Of a stretch of DNA of 64,000 nucleotides, positions 36,673-50,966 are shown piece after piece. The position numbers were made by a program, and so were the translations under genes. Each line of letters begins with the position of its first letter. Within the stretch, counting starts at the first letter, position 1. Below the pieces are notes generated by a model. It was given only the letters and a program-made list of their open reading frames with translations, did no database searches and had not been told where the DNA came from. The stretch comes from Owenia fusiformis (taxonomy: Eukaryota): NCBI GenBank assembly GCA_903813345.2, contig CAIIXF020000001.1, forward strand, positions 35,712,001-35,776,000, read 5' to 3'.

Positions 36673-36678
36673 AATAAA
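36673..36678 (+). terminator. Candidate polyadenylation signal of the mosaic gene
   Basis: AATAAA ~180 nt after the TGA stop. Confidence 0.5.
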
Positions 36679-37533
36679 TCCGAACCTGTTTTAAACTGTA
36701 AGTTGTTTAAAGCAAATGTCCGAGTATCATTATTATATTGAAGATTTTCCCCGGTAACATATGTACTTTAAGATTCAATATTGACAAAGTCAGCTCAATA
36801 TGGCACTGGCTCATGATGAATACAAACTATTTATAATTTAATCGTAACATTAATCGTAAAAACGTTTTGTTTTTTTTATTTCAAGGGTATATTTAGAGAT
36901 TCATTCCTTTACATGAAGGGAGTTGGATCAGATAACAGTTTGAAGCAATATTTGTGCATTTGGGTACACATGGCCAATCATTTGGAATATACAAAATGCA
37001 TATGATCAACAATTCTTATACATACATGTATGATGTTCTAGAAGTTGTTTCAATTGTTCTATAGAAGATGTCTCTGCCATGAATATTAGTGGCCACGTAA
37101 ATGTGAATCAGCACATGCATTGATTTTTGTGCTAGTAAATACTCTCAGGTACACAGGTAGGTTATGACTGACATTACTTAGATTGAGACTTAAATATGTC
37201 GCAATGGGACTTTATACAAAAAATATAGTATGTGATGCTATTTTTATTGAACATGTACATACACAACATTTACCTCCGAATGTAATATTATTTCCTCAGA
37301 TATGCACTATACCTAGTCAAAAATACTGTCATCATTTATCGATTAACATTTGAAATGAACACCCATATACAGCGATTATAATATTACAGTGTCTAATTGT
37401 AATAAGAAAACACTTAAGGTATAGCAAATCCGGCACAATGTTGTAAATTATAAAATATAGTTTTGCAAGAACTTTTTGAACACCCTGTAGGCAAAATTTA
37501 AATATTGTATATGCCCTTAATCTTGCCATTGTA

Positions 37534-37938
37534 CAAGGTGGTGCAAAAAACGGGACACTAGTAAATCAAAAATAAATATCGATTTTTCTTGATGAAAACA
37601 TCATATCAACGATGCTATTGGCCAGTTTATGCCAAAATTGAGGGCTACAATAATTGATTAAAATGCTGGACATATTGAACGTCTGTTTTTGTAAATAAAG
37701 TTGACAATTCAACTTGGTTTTTGCAAGTTTTGGAAGAAAACCCGTTTTGAAACAAAAACGACGTCATTCATACTATGGACGCTGGTTGACAGACATTATA
37801 ATAAATTTGAGGTTATGTTATACCAAATTAAAAATAAGTGAATTCCCTATCCACTGGTATATAATATGACATGTTGTCATTAAGAAAATCAATATTTATT
37901 TTTGAAATGCGAGTGTCCAATTCTTTTGGACCACCCTG
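37534..37938. mobile_element. Tc1/mariner-type MITE
   Basis: TA|CAAGGTGGTGCAAAAAACGGGACACT ... AGTGTCCAATTCTTTTGGACCACCCTG|TA. Confidence 0.75.
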
Positions 37939-38079
37939 TAAATATTCGTTCTCAATAATTTCCATTTGAATACATCAAAATGATATAGAAAACTTTCTGC
38001 GACACTCATATTGTGTTATGAATAATTATTCAATCTATATCATGTTTCACTCGAGTTGGTATATAAAAAGAGTATATAA

Positions 38080-38878
38080 CCCTACTATCACACCAAACTA
38101 GTTCTCACTACGTTCTCGAAAACGGGCTTCAACTGTGTACGAACGGACTGGACGTACTAAGAACCGTTTGGGATCTATTTACAAACTTCATCGAACGTAC
38201 TCGAACGGGTAGGTCCTCTAGAACTTAGACAATGCTCAAAATGTTCTCGTGGTCGTCGCGTTCTACAATTAGAAAAGTGACAACGTACTAACGACGAGCT
38301 GGACGTACTACGAACGGAACCGTCGTACTTCAATCCTACTAGGGACGTTTTAACAACGAGTGGAACTGTCTGAGGACGTGTTGAGAACGAGGTAGAACTC
38401 ATTGCAAACGGGTTTAAACTGATTAAGAACGTATTTAACACTGCTTATGAACGAGTTAGCAAAAATATAGCTATCACACCAAACAAGTTGCCACTGCGTT
38501 CTTCAAAACTGGTTCTAAACTGTGTGCGAACGGAATGAGCGTAGCTGCAACTTTCTAAGCTCTATTTACGAACTTTATGAACGTTCTCAGACGGGAATGT
38601 GATTTTAGAATTTTGAATCGATTCAAAATTCGATTGCGACCATAACGTTCTGTTATCAGGTCATGATGACCTTCTAGACTAAGGGACGCGTTCTACGGCG
38701 TTGCACACCGACGTGGTGCGACCTGAACGAACTGCGAACGAGATGGACGTATTGAAGGCTGTTTAACAAGCTAATTATTTCAGACATATTTCCCGACCAC
38801 AGCCAGATTGAGCCCGTTTTACGACGTTTTCGTAGGACTGGCAAGAACGGGTAAGAACGAGTTTGGTGTGATAGGGGG
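38080..38878 (+). mobile_element. Harbinger MITE family A, copy 3
   Basis: TAA|CCCTACTATCACACCAAACT...AGTTTGGTGTGATAGGGGG|TAA. Confidence 0.9.
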
Positions 38879-39535
38879 TAAGGTTGACATACAGACTGTA
38901 TCAACATAATATACAATTAGAATGCCATATTGTATATATTCATCATCTATCTTGAGAACATGCATGTTGTATTTGAAAAACGTATATTTTTCAGCAAATG
39001 AACACTTGCTCATGAAATCATGGAGTGGTATACCACTCTTTAATAAATAAGCTGTACTTAACTGTGATACCCACAGTATTTAAGTATATTCCTGGCACTA
39101 AAAGTGAACTGAAATCTGGTCATGTAAATACAATTGAAGCAAGTACAATTAACCAAGATTCTAGATTTCGAAAAAATATGAAGCAAAAGTAGTTTAAAAA
39201 TATCACTTTATTTTACAAAATACAAAATACTGCTCAAACCATGTGTTTTCCTTGTAAATGCATTAATTACTATATAGAACATACTGAACTTCACAAATTC
39301 ATCTTTCTTTTCAGAATATATCGAAGTAATGCACATGTAATTGTAAAAATATTGTTATGAAATGTTATGAAATACAAAAAAACTTGTTGATTTTAAATTG
39401 TTGCTATTGCTTCTGTTTCCTGTGAAATCCTCTGATTTTTTGTTTTGTCATACCCACCACCTGAGGCCCAGGAATACGTTTAAAGTGTTCGCTAATGTAC
39501 TGAGTTGTTAATGCGTGGTGTATACATGTATATTA

Positions 39536-42500
39536 AGCTACGTTCACACCAATGGTGCTTTGATGGCGCTTTAAAGCGGCTTGTAAAGCGGCACCAAAGC
39601 GTAACAAAGCTTGATTAAAGCGTCGGAGTCGAAATAAGTCGTAGACAGGCTCGGAGTAAAGCGGGATAATCGGCAAGAGCGCCAAAAAAATTTAAACTGT
39701 TTAAAAATTTTGGGCGCTCAGTTACGAATTGATAAAAGCGCCGAGAGCGTATCAAAGCTTAACAAACCGTAACAAAGCTCAGCAAAGCTTGACCCAAAGC
39801 GTAGGAAACCTTTACAGAACTTGGTTTAAAGCGGGGACCCCAGTCTCTTCACTGTCTGTTACCACTTGACACGCTTCGTTAAGATGTCTCAAGATTTGCT
39901 ACGATCTGGCATGAAGATCTGACACGAGGTCAGACGCTTTCATCAATATCTGACACTCTTTGTCCCACTTTCATGAAGGACTCTGTCACAGGGTCGGGTT
40001 CTTATTTTTAAAACCTTACCACACAGAACAAACTGATATATATAGTTTCACTGAAATATATTTACAAAGGAAATTAACTAATTAATTATAAATAAATGCT
40101 AGCTTCTAACCAAGTTCCTTTGAACTATTATACATTTATCTTTACATATAAATATAATGTTTTACTCAAAATAGATACAACCAACCTTCCCAAAGTATAT
40201 GTATATAATTTTTACAATGTATACGTGAGATCATAGATTGTCTTTTATTAACACTACTCTGTTGTACGTATAGCAGTGTTTCTTAATTGTACGGAATGAT
40301 CACCCACAGCATGTGTTATAGATCACTAGAAATAGTGTAGTCTTCTGCAGTATGTAGAATGTAGAATTAACGATATCCGTTTCGATAATGCGTAGGTCTC
40401 TCAAAATGGTATTATGATATTTGAACGTATCACGAGTTGAAGTCTCCTATTTACAATCGTTTCATGCACCACGAATACTGTACAGCTTACTATTCATGTT
40501 CTTAGCACCATAAAGATGTTCATTAATTTCTCAAAGTCACACTTCACAAACACAGTCAATTCACGTTCTCAATGTTTAAGGCTTCACATCATCACTTTGA
40601 TTAACTAGGCTTCACTACCATCACTATCACTGCACAAGAACGCTGGATTTGAAAGAAAACTAACTTTAGAACAATTGAAATAAGGAAATCACAAAACTGA
40701 ACAGAAAGTTAAGACACAGGTTTAGAAGATTTGATTATACTAAACCAGGTAAACTAAACACTAATTAATATGAAAAGTTAAAAGGTTAGAATTTATAAAA
40801 TCTAAATGAATGTTTACCTTAGACATAAATTCACCTGTAACCACATCTACACCAGCACATGTCTGTAATATAACTAAGTGTGCATGAGGAAATAAACTGA
40901 CCTATAATTGGCCAAGGTCAATACCGAGTACACAAGTAATTAACTAACAATTAAAAAGATTTAAAGGACATATGTGTATTATATTACACTGACTTAAAGG
41001 ACTTGTGTCAATATTGTGACAGACTCTCAAGCTTTCCAACGAATTGAAACGCATCTTTATATAGTCATTGGATCAAAAGCGGCATGAAATCAGCGATCAT
41101 GACATTTTCCAATGCGTGACAGAGCTTAACAGAGCGTAACAATGCACAACAGAGCTTGGCAATCGTATGAGAGCCTGATTTAAAGCGTCATTATCGCATC
41201 AAAGCGTAATAATGCTTATCAAAGCTTATCAAAGCGTGATTTCAAGCGTAACAAAGCCTGGTCAAAGCGGGATCAAAGCGTGAGGAACCTATCAGAGCTA
41301 TGTTAAGCTTTCCTACGCTTTGCATCAAGCTTTTCTGAGCTTTGTTACGGTTTGTTTAGCTTTGATACGCTCTTGGGTTTTTAATCAATTCGTAACAGAG
41401 CGCCCAAAATTTATAAACAGTTTAAAAATTTTTTGGGCTCTTGCCGAATATCCCGCTTTACTCCGAGCTTTTCTACGACCTATTACGACCCCGACGCTTT
41501 AATCAAGCTATGTTATGCTTTGGTGCCGCTTTACAAGCCGCTTTAAAGCGCCATCAAAGCGCCGTTGGTATGAACAAAAATGACAAAAATGACGGCGCTT
41601 TGCTCGCCGATTTAAAGCGTGGCATTCGCCGTTGGTGTGAACATAGCTAAAGCTACGTTCACACCAATGGCGCTTTGATGGCGCTTTAAAGCGGCTTGTA
41701 AAGCGGCACCAAAGCGTAACAAAGCTTGATTAAAGCGTCGGGGTCGTAATAGGTAGTAGAAAAGCTCGGAGATAAGCGGGATATTCGGCAAGAGCGCAAA
41801 AAATTAAAACTGTTCAAGCTACGTTCGCACCAACGGCGCTTTGATGGCGCTTTAAAGCGTCTTATAAAGCGGCACCAAAGCGTAACAAAGCTTGATTAAA
41901 GCGTCAGGGTCGTAATAGGTCGTAGAAAGGCTCGGAGTAAAGCGGGATAATCGGCAAGAGCGCCAAAAATTTTTAAACTGTTTAAAAATTTTGGGCGCTC
42001 AGTTACGAATTGATAAAAGCGCCGAGAGCGTATCAAAGCTTAACAAACCGTAACAAAGCTCAGCAAAGCTTGACCCAAAGTGTAGAAAAGCTTTACAGAG
42101 CTTAGTTCAAAGCGGGGACCCCAGTCTCTTCACTGTCTGTTACCACTTGATACGCTTCGTTAAGATGTCTCAAGATTTGCTACGATCTGGCATGAAGATC
42201 TGACACGAGGTCAGACGCTTTCATCAATATCTGACACTCTTTGTTACATTTTCATGAAGGACTCTCAAGCTTTCCAACGAATTGAGACGCTTTAATCAAG
42301 GATTGAAACGCTTTGCTAGGCTTTGTTACGCTTGACAAGTTTCCACACTCTATATCACGCCGTGCGACAAACATCATGTCTTCTTCAGATAGGTCATGCT
42401 CTGGTCCATATTGAATTTCTGGATCTTGTTGTTCTGCCATCGTGTTCTCGAGTCAAAGATGCAATAGTTTTATGGATCTACTGCATCTTTATATAGTTAT

Positions 42501-43070
42501 TGGATCAAAAGTGGCATGAAATCGGCGATCTCGACATTTTCCAATGCGTGACAGAGCTTAACAGAGCGTAACAATGCACAACAGAGCTTGGTAATCGTAT
42601 CAGAGCCTGATTTAAAGCGTCATTATCGAATCAAAGCGTAATAATGCTTATCAAAGCGTGATTTCAAGCGTAACAAAGCCTGGTCAAAGCGGGATCAAAG
42701 CATGAGAGACCTATCAGAGCTATGTTAAGCTTTCCTACGCTTTGGATCAAGCTTTGCTGAGCTTTGTTACGGTTTGTTAAGCTTTGATACGCTCTCGGCG
42801 CTTTAATCAATTCGTAACAGAGCGCCCAAAATTTTTAAACAGTTTAAAATTTTTTGGCGCTCTTGCCGAATATCCCGCTTTACTCCGAGCTTTTCTACGA
42901 CCTATTACGACCCCGACGCTTTAATCAAGCTTTGTTACGTTTTGGTGTCGCTTTACAGGCCGCTTTAAAGCGCCATCAAAGCGCCGTTGGTATGAACAAA
43001 AATAACAAAAATGACGGCGCTTTGCTCGCCGATTTAAAGCATGGCATTCGCCGTTGGTGTGAACGTAGCT
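39536..43070 (+). mobile_element. Head-to-tail array of Harbinger-type element family B (copy 1 39536-41648, partial 41651-41816, copy 2 41817-43070)
   Basis: AGCTACGTTCACACC / GGTGTGAAC(A/G)TAGCT termini, outer TTA flanks (39533-39535, 43071-43073), and long subterminal inverted segments. Confidence 0.88.
39984..41021 (-). mobile_element. Solo LTR (1038 bp) inserted in Harbinger copy 1
   Basis: TGTCACA...TGTGACA termini, 5-bp TSD GACTC (39979-39983, 41022-41026). Copy 2 shows the empty site GAAGGACTCTCAAG at ~42256. Confidence 0.92.
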
Positions 43071-43526
43071 TTAAATAGATTTACTAATATAGATTACTTT
43101 CATGTATAAGAATAAGACTGATTTTTATAAGCTTAATGGAGACTGCTTTTTTATTAATGACAGTATACCCGGGCCTCAGCCCACCACAAACAATCCGTCT
43201 GTAGTCCCTAAACTGATTTTCCCGGGTGCCTGTACAAAAACAAACTACTGCAAAGTGTTCCAACATATTTCAATATTTGCTTTATATGCACCATCATCAT
43301 ATCCCTAAGCCATTTATTCGTAGATGCCCATTTATTCACAAATTGTGAAATATAGGTGACCTTTTCAGTAAGTTCAAACTCTCAAACAGCCTCTTCACGA
43401 CCAAGAACTAAGAAAATAGTTTCTCTTATCTGCACTTCTATTTACATGTTTCTGTTCGTATATAAACCATTTTCTTAATATTTAAATCATTCTACATCTA
43501 AGTGTTTGGACATGACAAAAATAAGT

Positions 43527-45570
43527 ACAAGGCATTAACATGACAAAATGTCACCACCTAAAACAATTTGGTCAATTTAAAGCAAGTTGGAAAATACCTT
43601 TTGACCTTAAGAAGAACTTCTGAGAACATGTAGATGATTTTGAAAAAAAATTAGTCAATTTGAAGCAAGTTGAAAAAAGACCTTTTTGACCTTTTTTGAC
43701 CTTGAGAAGGTCAAATGTCAAATCTAAAGTCAGAGAAGGTCATTGAAGGTCAAAGGTCAAATCTAAAGTCAGATTTGAACTTCTGAGAACTTGTAAAGTC
43801 AAATTTGAACTTCTGAAAAGATGTAGATGATTTTGAAAAAAAAATTTGGTCAATTTGAAGCAAGTTGAAAACAGACCTTTTTGACCTTTTTTGACCTTGA
43901 GAAGGTCAAATGTCAAATCTAAAGTCATATTTAAATTTCTGAGAACATGTAGATGATTTTGAAAAAAAAATTTAGTCAATTTGAAGTAAGATGAAAAAAT
44001 ACCTTTTTGACCTTTTTTGACATTGAGAAGGTCATTGAAGGTCAAATGTCAAATCTAAAGTCAGATTTGAATTTCTGAGAACATGTAGATGATTTTGAAA
44101 AAAAAATTTAGTCAATTTGAAGCAAGTTGAAAAAAGACCTTTTTGACCTTTTTTGACTTTGAGAAGGTCATTGAAGGTCAAATGTCAAATCTTAAGTCAA
44201 ATCTAAAGTCAGATTTGAATTTCTGAGAACATGTAGATGATTTTGAAAAAAAAATTAGTCAATTTGAAGCAAGATGAAAAAATACCTTTTTGACCATTTT
44301 TGACATTGAGAAGGTCATTGAAGGTCAAATGTTAAATCTAAAGTCAGATTTGAATTTCTGAGAACATGTAGATGATTTTGAAAAAAAAATTTAGTCAATT
44401 TGAAGCAAGTTGAAAAAAGACCTTTTTGACCTTTTTTGACTTTGAGAAGGTCATTGAAGGTCAAATGTCAAATCTTAAGTCAAATCTAAAGTCAGATTTG
44501 AATTTCTGAGAACACGTAGATGATTTTGAAATTTTTTTTTAGTCAATTTGAAGCAAGTTGAAAACAGACCTTTTTGACCTTTTTTGACCTTGAGAAGGTC
44601 ATTGAAGGTCAAATGTCAAATCTTAAGTCAGATTTGAATTTCTGAGAACACGTAGATGATTTTGAAAAAAAATTTTAGCCAATTTGAAGCAAGTTGAAAA
44701 CAGACCTTTTTGACCTTTTTTGACCTTGAGAAGGTCATTGAAGGTCAAATGTCAAATCTAAAGTCAGATTTGAAGGTCAAATGTCAAATCTAAAGTCAGA
44801 TTTGAATTTCTGAGAACATGTAGATGATTTTGAAAAAAAAATTAGTCAATGTGAAGCAAGTTGAAAAAAGACCTTTTTGACCTTGAGAAGGTCATTGAAG
44901 GTCAAATGTCAAATCTTTAGTCAGATTTGAATTTCTGAGAACATGTAGATGATTTTGAAAAAAAAATTTAGTCAATTTGAAGCAAGTTGAAAACAGACCT
45001 TTTTGACCTTTTTTTACCTTGAGAAGGTCATTGAAGGTCAAATCTAAAGTCAGATTTGAAGGTCAAATGTCAAATCTAAAGTCAGATTTGAATTTCTGAG
45101 AACATGTAGATGATTTTGAAAAAAAATTAAGTCAATGTGAAGCAAGTTGAAAAAAGACCTTTTTGACCTTGAGAAGGTCATTGAAGGTCAAATGTCAAAT
45201 TTAAAGTCAGATTTGAAGGTCAAATGTCAAATTTAAAGTCAGATTTGAATTTCTGAGAACATGTAGATGATTTTGAAAAAAATTTTAGTCAATGTGAAGC
45301 AAGTTGAAAAAAGACCTTTTTGACCTTGAGAAGGTCATTGAAGGTCAAATGTCAAATCTAAAGTCAGATTTGAACTTTTGAGAAGATGTAGATGATTTAG
45401 AAAAAAATTGAAGTCAGTCTAAACAGTATTTGTTAAGTTATAGGAAGTTGTAAGAAATTGTTACAGACGCCGGACGCCAGACGCCGGACGCCGGACGCCA
45501 ACCACCAACCGCCGTCGCAAAAAACGGAGACCATAACAATATGTCACCACTTTTTGGTGGTGACATAATA
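43527..45570 (+). mobile_element. Helentron-associated non-autonomous element (HINE/DINE-1/pearl-like) carrying an internal satellite
   Basis: 5' ACAAG...ATGTCACCAC subterminal motif, tandem array, (GACGCCR)n microsatellite at ~45466-45500, and 3' hairpin TATGTCACCAC-loop-GTGGTGACATA at 45540-45567. Confidence 0.82.
43600..45420. repeat. Satellite array, ~13 units of ~125-170 bp (modal ~136 bp)
   Basis: TGAGAACATGTAGATGATTTTG recurs at ~43621, 43940, 44076, 44224, 44359 ... 45254. Length variation comes from gain or loss of GTCAAATCTAA/GAAGGTCA sub-repeats. Confidence 0.95.
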
Positions 45571-45823
45571 ACTTTAAAATAAAATACATTATAAAAAACT
45601 AGTATTGTGAATTGGTATCTACTAGGACACGCCTAACCATCGACAAGGTACAGTGATAAAATTTACCGTAGTACACTTTAGATGTACGTCACTATTTAAC
45701 CGATTAGAAGCAAATACAATGATGTAGGTTTTAAAAAAATAATCTGAGGAGTGCATTAAAGATTTCATGTTTGATTTTATGTGTATTCGTTTAGGAAGAC
45801 ATTTAACTTTCTAATAACGTTAA

Positions 45824-46792
45824 AGGATTTTCGAACAGTGCTCGATTTTTCGTAGTCAATCTACCCATATATTTGGTGTGTTGGAAAATGTGGTGTTTTT
45901 ACACATTTCCTTTGATCATTTCCTCCCCTGTCGTCTAAAAGTGTTGAAGATTTTTATGAGAATATGTTTCTTTAAACAGCACAATTAAGGTCCGTTGAAG
46001 ATTTAAGAAGTATTAACATTTTGGCTTTTGTTTAAACTCAATTCACAGTTAACGCTAATGCAGACAACGTATTTTTCATAACACTAATTGAAAATTCAAA
46101 CAGAACAATTACAGAATTACTTCAATTTGATTGAACTATTGAAACTTTCCAGATATATCATAAACGGGATTTTAAAAAGTCATATTCAATAAGCTTGTAT
46201 AGATCAGTAGATCTATCTATCAATGTAACTAACAAAACGTAAGCTACAGACGCCAAATAATCAAACAGGCTGGAAGGAGACTCCGTGGCAGTGCTAGTCT
46301 TCAACATATTCTATTCCGAGACACTGGATGGGAGTTCGGGCTGGAAGCTAACACCAAATGGGCACAAATTAACCACCACCACAACAATCATAAAATGAAA
46401 AAGCAAAAACGATACTTGAACATGTTCGTTAAAGATCACTTGTTACTCATAAAAATCTTAATGAATTTTGAAATGAAATCATTACATTGTTTAATATTAC
46501 GTATACGTATATTTCGATCATGAATTTTCAATTACAGGGACAACGTACATTCGAGTTGACAACGCACATTTCTAATTTTTTTAAATTACAATAAATAGTT
46601 GTATATTTATTAATCTCCACCCGTCCTAAATTGTGTAGTATAGAGAAACATATTTTCATAAAAATAATCGACACTCTTAGGCAACAGGGGAAAAAATGAT
46701 CAAAGGAAATGTGAAAACCCCAACATTTTCCAACAGATCAATTTTCGTGGGTAGATTGACTACGAAAAAATCGAGCACTGTCCGAAAATCGT
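45824..46792. mobile_element. TTAA-flanked MITE with >150-bp TIRs (Kolobok-like)
   Basis: TTAA|AGGATTTTCGAACAGTGCTCGATTTTTTCGTAGTCAATCTACCCA ... TGGGTAGATTGACTACGAAAAAATCGAGCACTGTCCGAAAATCGT|TTAA. Confidence 0.82.
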
Positions 46793-48096
46793 TTAACGTT
46801 GTTAAAAATAGGTCATTCCTTGAGATCATTTGCACATATACAGTTTGTGGCAGTAAAATACTGAATTTATTATTTCACATCACAGTGAGGAAGCACAAAG
46901 AGCAACATTTGAAAACACATTGACTTTACATAACTGTTGATGGGCACATTCATGTGTTTGTTCATTATAATAAGAGATTCTCTGAGCTATCATCATCTTC
47001 TTCAGATGACAACATTTCATACATATCTTTTGATGTTAAAATGTCAAACTTCGTGCATTTCTTTTTGCTTTTATACCCCTTGTGCCTACAACCCTACTCC
47101 CAAAAAGGCATGTACAACACCATCCAGTGATTGCATCAATACTATTACATACATCTGGATCTGGGTTATGCTCCACCCATGTATAATGAGATTTAGAGGA
47201 CACAAACGGATTACTGGACTTTTACATAAATTAGGCCATATGTATCTTTTTTAACAATGATGTTATATTTCCCATCTACTTGAAGATGGTCATCTGTGCA
47301 TCGTTTAAATTGGTTGGCTTGATCTCAAGAGAGTCTACTATGATTTAGATGTAACCCTCTTGTCTCCATACAGGGGGTACTGGGAGATTGCAGTTCACTC
47401 ATGCAGTTCCCTTTGCTTTGGGCATTTTATTAGAAAATGTCGTTTTTTCCGCCTACTGATTGTGACCTACTGTATATTTCTTCTGTACAGTTAAGTTGAG
47501 CTGGATTTCTAAATATGAACATTGGTATGATCAGCTAGTGAACTGTGATAATATAAAAAAGATTATTCATACACAAAACATCAAGATGAAATTATTGTAC
47601 AACAATCATCTCATATGAATGTATTGAAAGGAATTGCCTGTTATTATGTTGCTTAGAGCCATGGTAAAGATATATGCTTCTCAAGAGTGCAAGTGCATGC
47701 TCCAGTGCAAGCATACATATTAGTTCATGAAAAGATCATATGAATAAAGAAAATATACTCAAATATATAAAACACAACTGTCATAATCATTCTAAGGATT
47801 TTCAAAATTTTATTTCATGCTGAAAATTGCAGAAAAGTTCCATTTTTGCACAACGCTTGGTCCTTACCTAGATTTCTATATATCTCAAGAAGTACCTTAG
47901 AAGTACACTATTCCCTCAATACATATAACTTTCTAGGAAAGAACCAAGCGTTATATGAACAAAGCAAGAGTTTATCATGACCTTCCTCTATCTAAAAAGA
48001 AGTAGGTCAACACAATTGCAAAGATAACTAATCCCTACTCAATGACTATTGAAATATGACTATTTATATGTACAAAATATTAATCCAATGAGTGTA

Positions 48097-49100
48097 CGAG
48101 GGGTGATCCAAAAGTCTTGGACGCCCTGCTCTAATTTTATCAGTTTTTGATAAAATTACTTTAAACTTTCCAATAATAAAGACCAACAACTTAACTACTT
48201 TGTGTATTAATTTCATGGAGAAATGATATATTTTAAGTAGTTTTCTAGATAATTTTTAATATAGGGACCCTGCCACCCGGAACGGTATTCGCACATGGCA
48301 ACTTTCAGCCTTAAATGTTGCCGCTATTTCACTTGTTTCGCAAGTCTTGACCACTATCTTTCTTTGAATTTTGAATGTTAAACCATGTTAGTTTACTTCC
48401 TTTGTTACTAGGCAACCAATTAATTTTGTTTTAGTTATAATGTCACGTATGACAATGGCCGTATATGTCAAATTCTAAGAAAATGACATCAGACAAGCAA
48501 CCCTCATTCTGGTATCATTTTTGCTGCAACATGGCTGCTGAAATGCAGAACATGAAAGAAATCAAAGTGGAACAAAGAATACTGCAAGATATTTTCACTA
48601 TTATTAGACCTTGAGCAGCTACCATATGCACGATACAGTCTAGATATGGCTCCATGTGATTTTCTTCCTTTTCTCCAGAAAAAAGGAGGGTTGAAAGAAA
48701 TTTTTTTATTACTCATTGTATGAGGTTTAGAGTGGCACTCCAGCAGCATTTGTATCACATAAGCAATGGCGGATTCATAAATGACTTCCATTCATTGGTA
48801 AAGCGGTATGAAAAATGAGTTAAAATTCGCGGAAAATATGTTGAAAAGTAGGTCTTAATATGTTAAGATGATGATGGCAGATGGCACTCAGACTGAAAAT
48901 TGGAAATTCTCTCATATCATGACTAGTGTTAGGTTGTGCACCTGCACCTAAAGTATTTGCCATATTATAACAGTTGTGACATGATTTGCTATATTTAAAT
49001 ACCGTTCCGGGTGGCAGGGACCCGGTATTAAAAAATATGTAGAAAAGTAGCTGAAATATATTATTTTCTGTTGAAACTTATACACAAAGTTGTTAAGATG
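48097..49100 (+). mobile_element. Decayed mariner element with long TIRs and a transposase C-terminal remnant
   Basis: TA|CGAGGGGTGATCCAAAAG end. YSLDMAPCDF at ~48634 (YSPDLAPxD motif) and GKYVEK* at ~48850. Inverted segments at ~48185-48290 and ~48998-49095. Confidence 0.82.
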
Positions 49101-50333
49101 TTATAGACACTCGTATAGAGTGACACAATCAAACAATGGGACATCAGCCAAGTTGGGTTTATACATTCTGGAGACATTTTCTGAGACTGATAAAAAATTC
49201 ACATTTTCACAGGAAGTGATACATACCCTCCAAATCAACCAAAATATACTTATATCAGTAATCTTGAATGCTTTTTATTGCTTTTTCTTGAAAATATACA
49301 TATTTATCTATAATTTGATCCTACATATCAAGGATAATAACGACATTGCATTTTTCAAAAAATGTTAAGTGACCCCAGGGGTGTCTATAGCCATTCGTTC
49401 TTTGCTAAATTGTCCACTCGACAAAAATATCATTTAATTGTCCAACCTTTACAAAAATTAATGGTTTCAAATTCAATAATCTTTTAATGAACCTCTTATT
49501 GAAATAACACAGGTGGTTCAGTGAGGTGGTCAAAATTACTTTAACACTCCGTATCGCTAATTTTAACAACATAACATAACATAACAACATGTAAAATCAT
49601 TCAATTTTCTACTTAAAAAGTATTTTTAATAAATGTCTTGCTGAATAGATATTCCAAAATCTGAGTTGCCCCTAAGCCACCATTCCCTAGCTATTTGTTT
49701 AACATGGGATCTGCCATTTTTGTTACATTTCATGAAATTCATCAATTTTGACATCAAATTTTGACCCAATGTAATGTAGATATAACATTGAAAAGTTGCG
49801 GACTTTATAGGGAATAGAATCAAGATACAGATCGATTTGTTTACTTTATTGGGATTTCTTTTGTTCCCCGCTTAGAAAATAGTCGTTCAAACAAATATAG
49901 GGGTTACCATGTAAACCTATGAGGAAAACCACTGGTACTTAACTTTTTTTAGGAGTATATGTTGATAACATATACAGCTATTGACCTTTAATACACTGAC
50001 TCTACTGAATAGATATCAACTTCCATATTTCTAGCCCCATGGATTTAGTATTATAGTAACTTTAAAATATGTTCATGGTATTTATTGGTTCAAAACACGA
50101 CAATATGGAGCTCAAAACGACCCTGTGTAGGGTCGGAAATGAAACAGAGTACGATCGGAGGAGAAACACGCATGGGTCGGATCCATTCTAAAAATCTAAC
50201 CTACAGAGTCGGATCCTCTACTAATTTGCTTTTGGCATTTTAAAATCATTATATACCAAGAAACATTCAATTGGCGTGATTTCATCGATCAATATATACA
50301 AAGGCTTCATTTGATTTACATAATATACCACAG

Positions 50334-50966
50334 TATAACATACCCAGCTAAGCATTTGTATTGAAGTCAATGGAGCTGAAGGTCGGCTATATATTCCTGT
50401 ATAGCCGCCAAACCTTTTACCATGACAATCTTATGACGTCATCGGGACGTCATGTTTCATTTCTTCCTAATTTCACTCGCACACAGACACGTGGCGTCAT
50501 TGATATAACGTAGTCATGATATAAAAGCATTAGAGGTTATGTCACTATGACGTGAAATATGCCTGAGTTCTCCCGATATAGGCCGACCTTGGGAGGCTCT
50601 ATATTTGGGCAAGAACGAAGGCATATTTCACGTCATAGTGACATAACTGATGTATTACATGCCTTTGTTCCCATGGTTACTTTGTATCAATGACGTGACG
50701 TCATGATATTATCATGGTTATTAAAGAAATCTAATATCAAAACGAGGTAAGCGGGCTATATCGGGGTAATCGGGCAATATCGGTGGATATAGCTCGCTAA
50801 CTTTCCCATTGACTTCCATACAAATGCTTCGCTAGGTATGTAATACCAACAGTTATGTCCGTATCATTGAATATATGCCTTCGGTCTGTCGTAATATAAC
50901 CCTCGCAAGCTCGGGCTATATTGGTGACAGACCTCAGGCATATATTCAATGATAGGGACATAACTG
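50334..50966 (+). mobile_element. Inverted-repeat module plus long terminal hairpin element
   Basis: IR TATAACATACC...GGTATGTAATA (50334/50845), terminal hairpin at 50850-50966, and a second internal hairpin at ~50536-50648. Confidence 0.72.

Noticed and set aside
41441..43078. Duplicated small ORFs (MPNIPLYSELFYDLLRPRRF...) suggesting a small gene family
   Set aside because: They lie in the subterminal inverted repeats of the Harbinger copies. The same applies to the repeated ORFs in MITE family A and the Tc1 MITEs.
43600..45420. Regular repeats superficially like a CRISPR array
   Set aside because: There are no unique spacers and no cas genes, the context is eukaryotic, and it is a tandem satellite.
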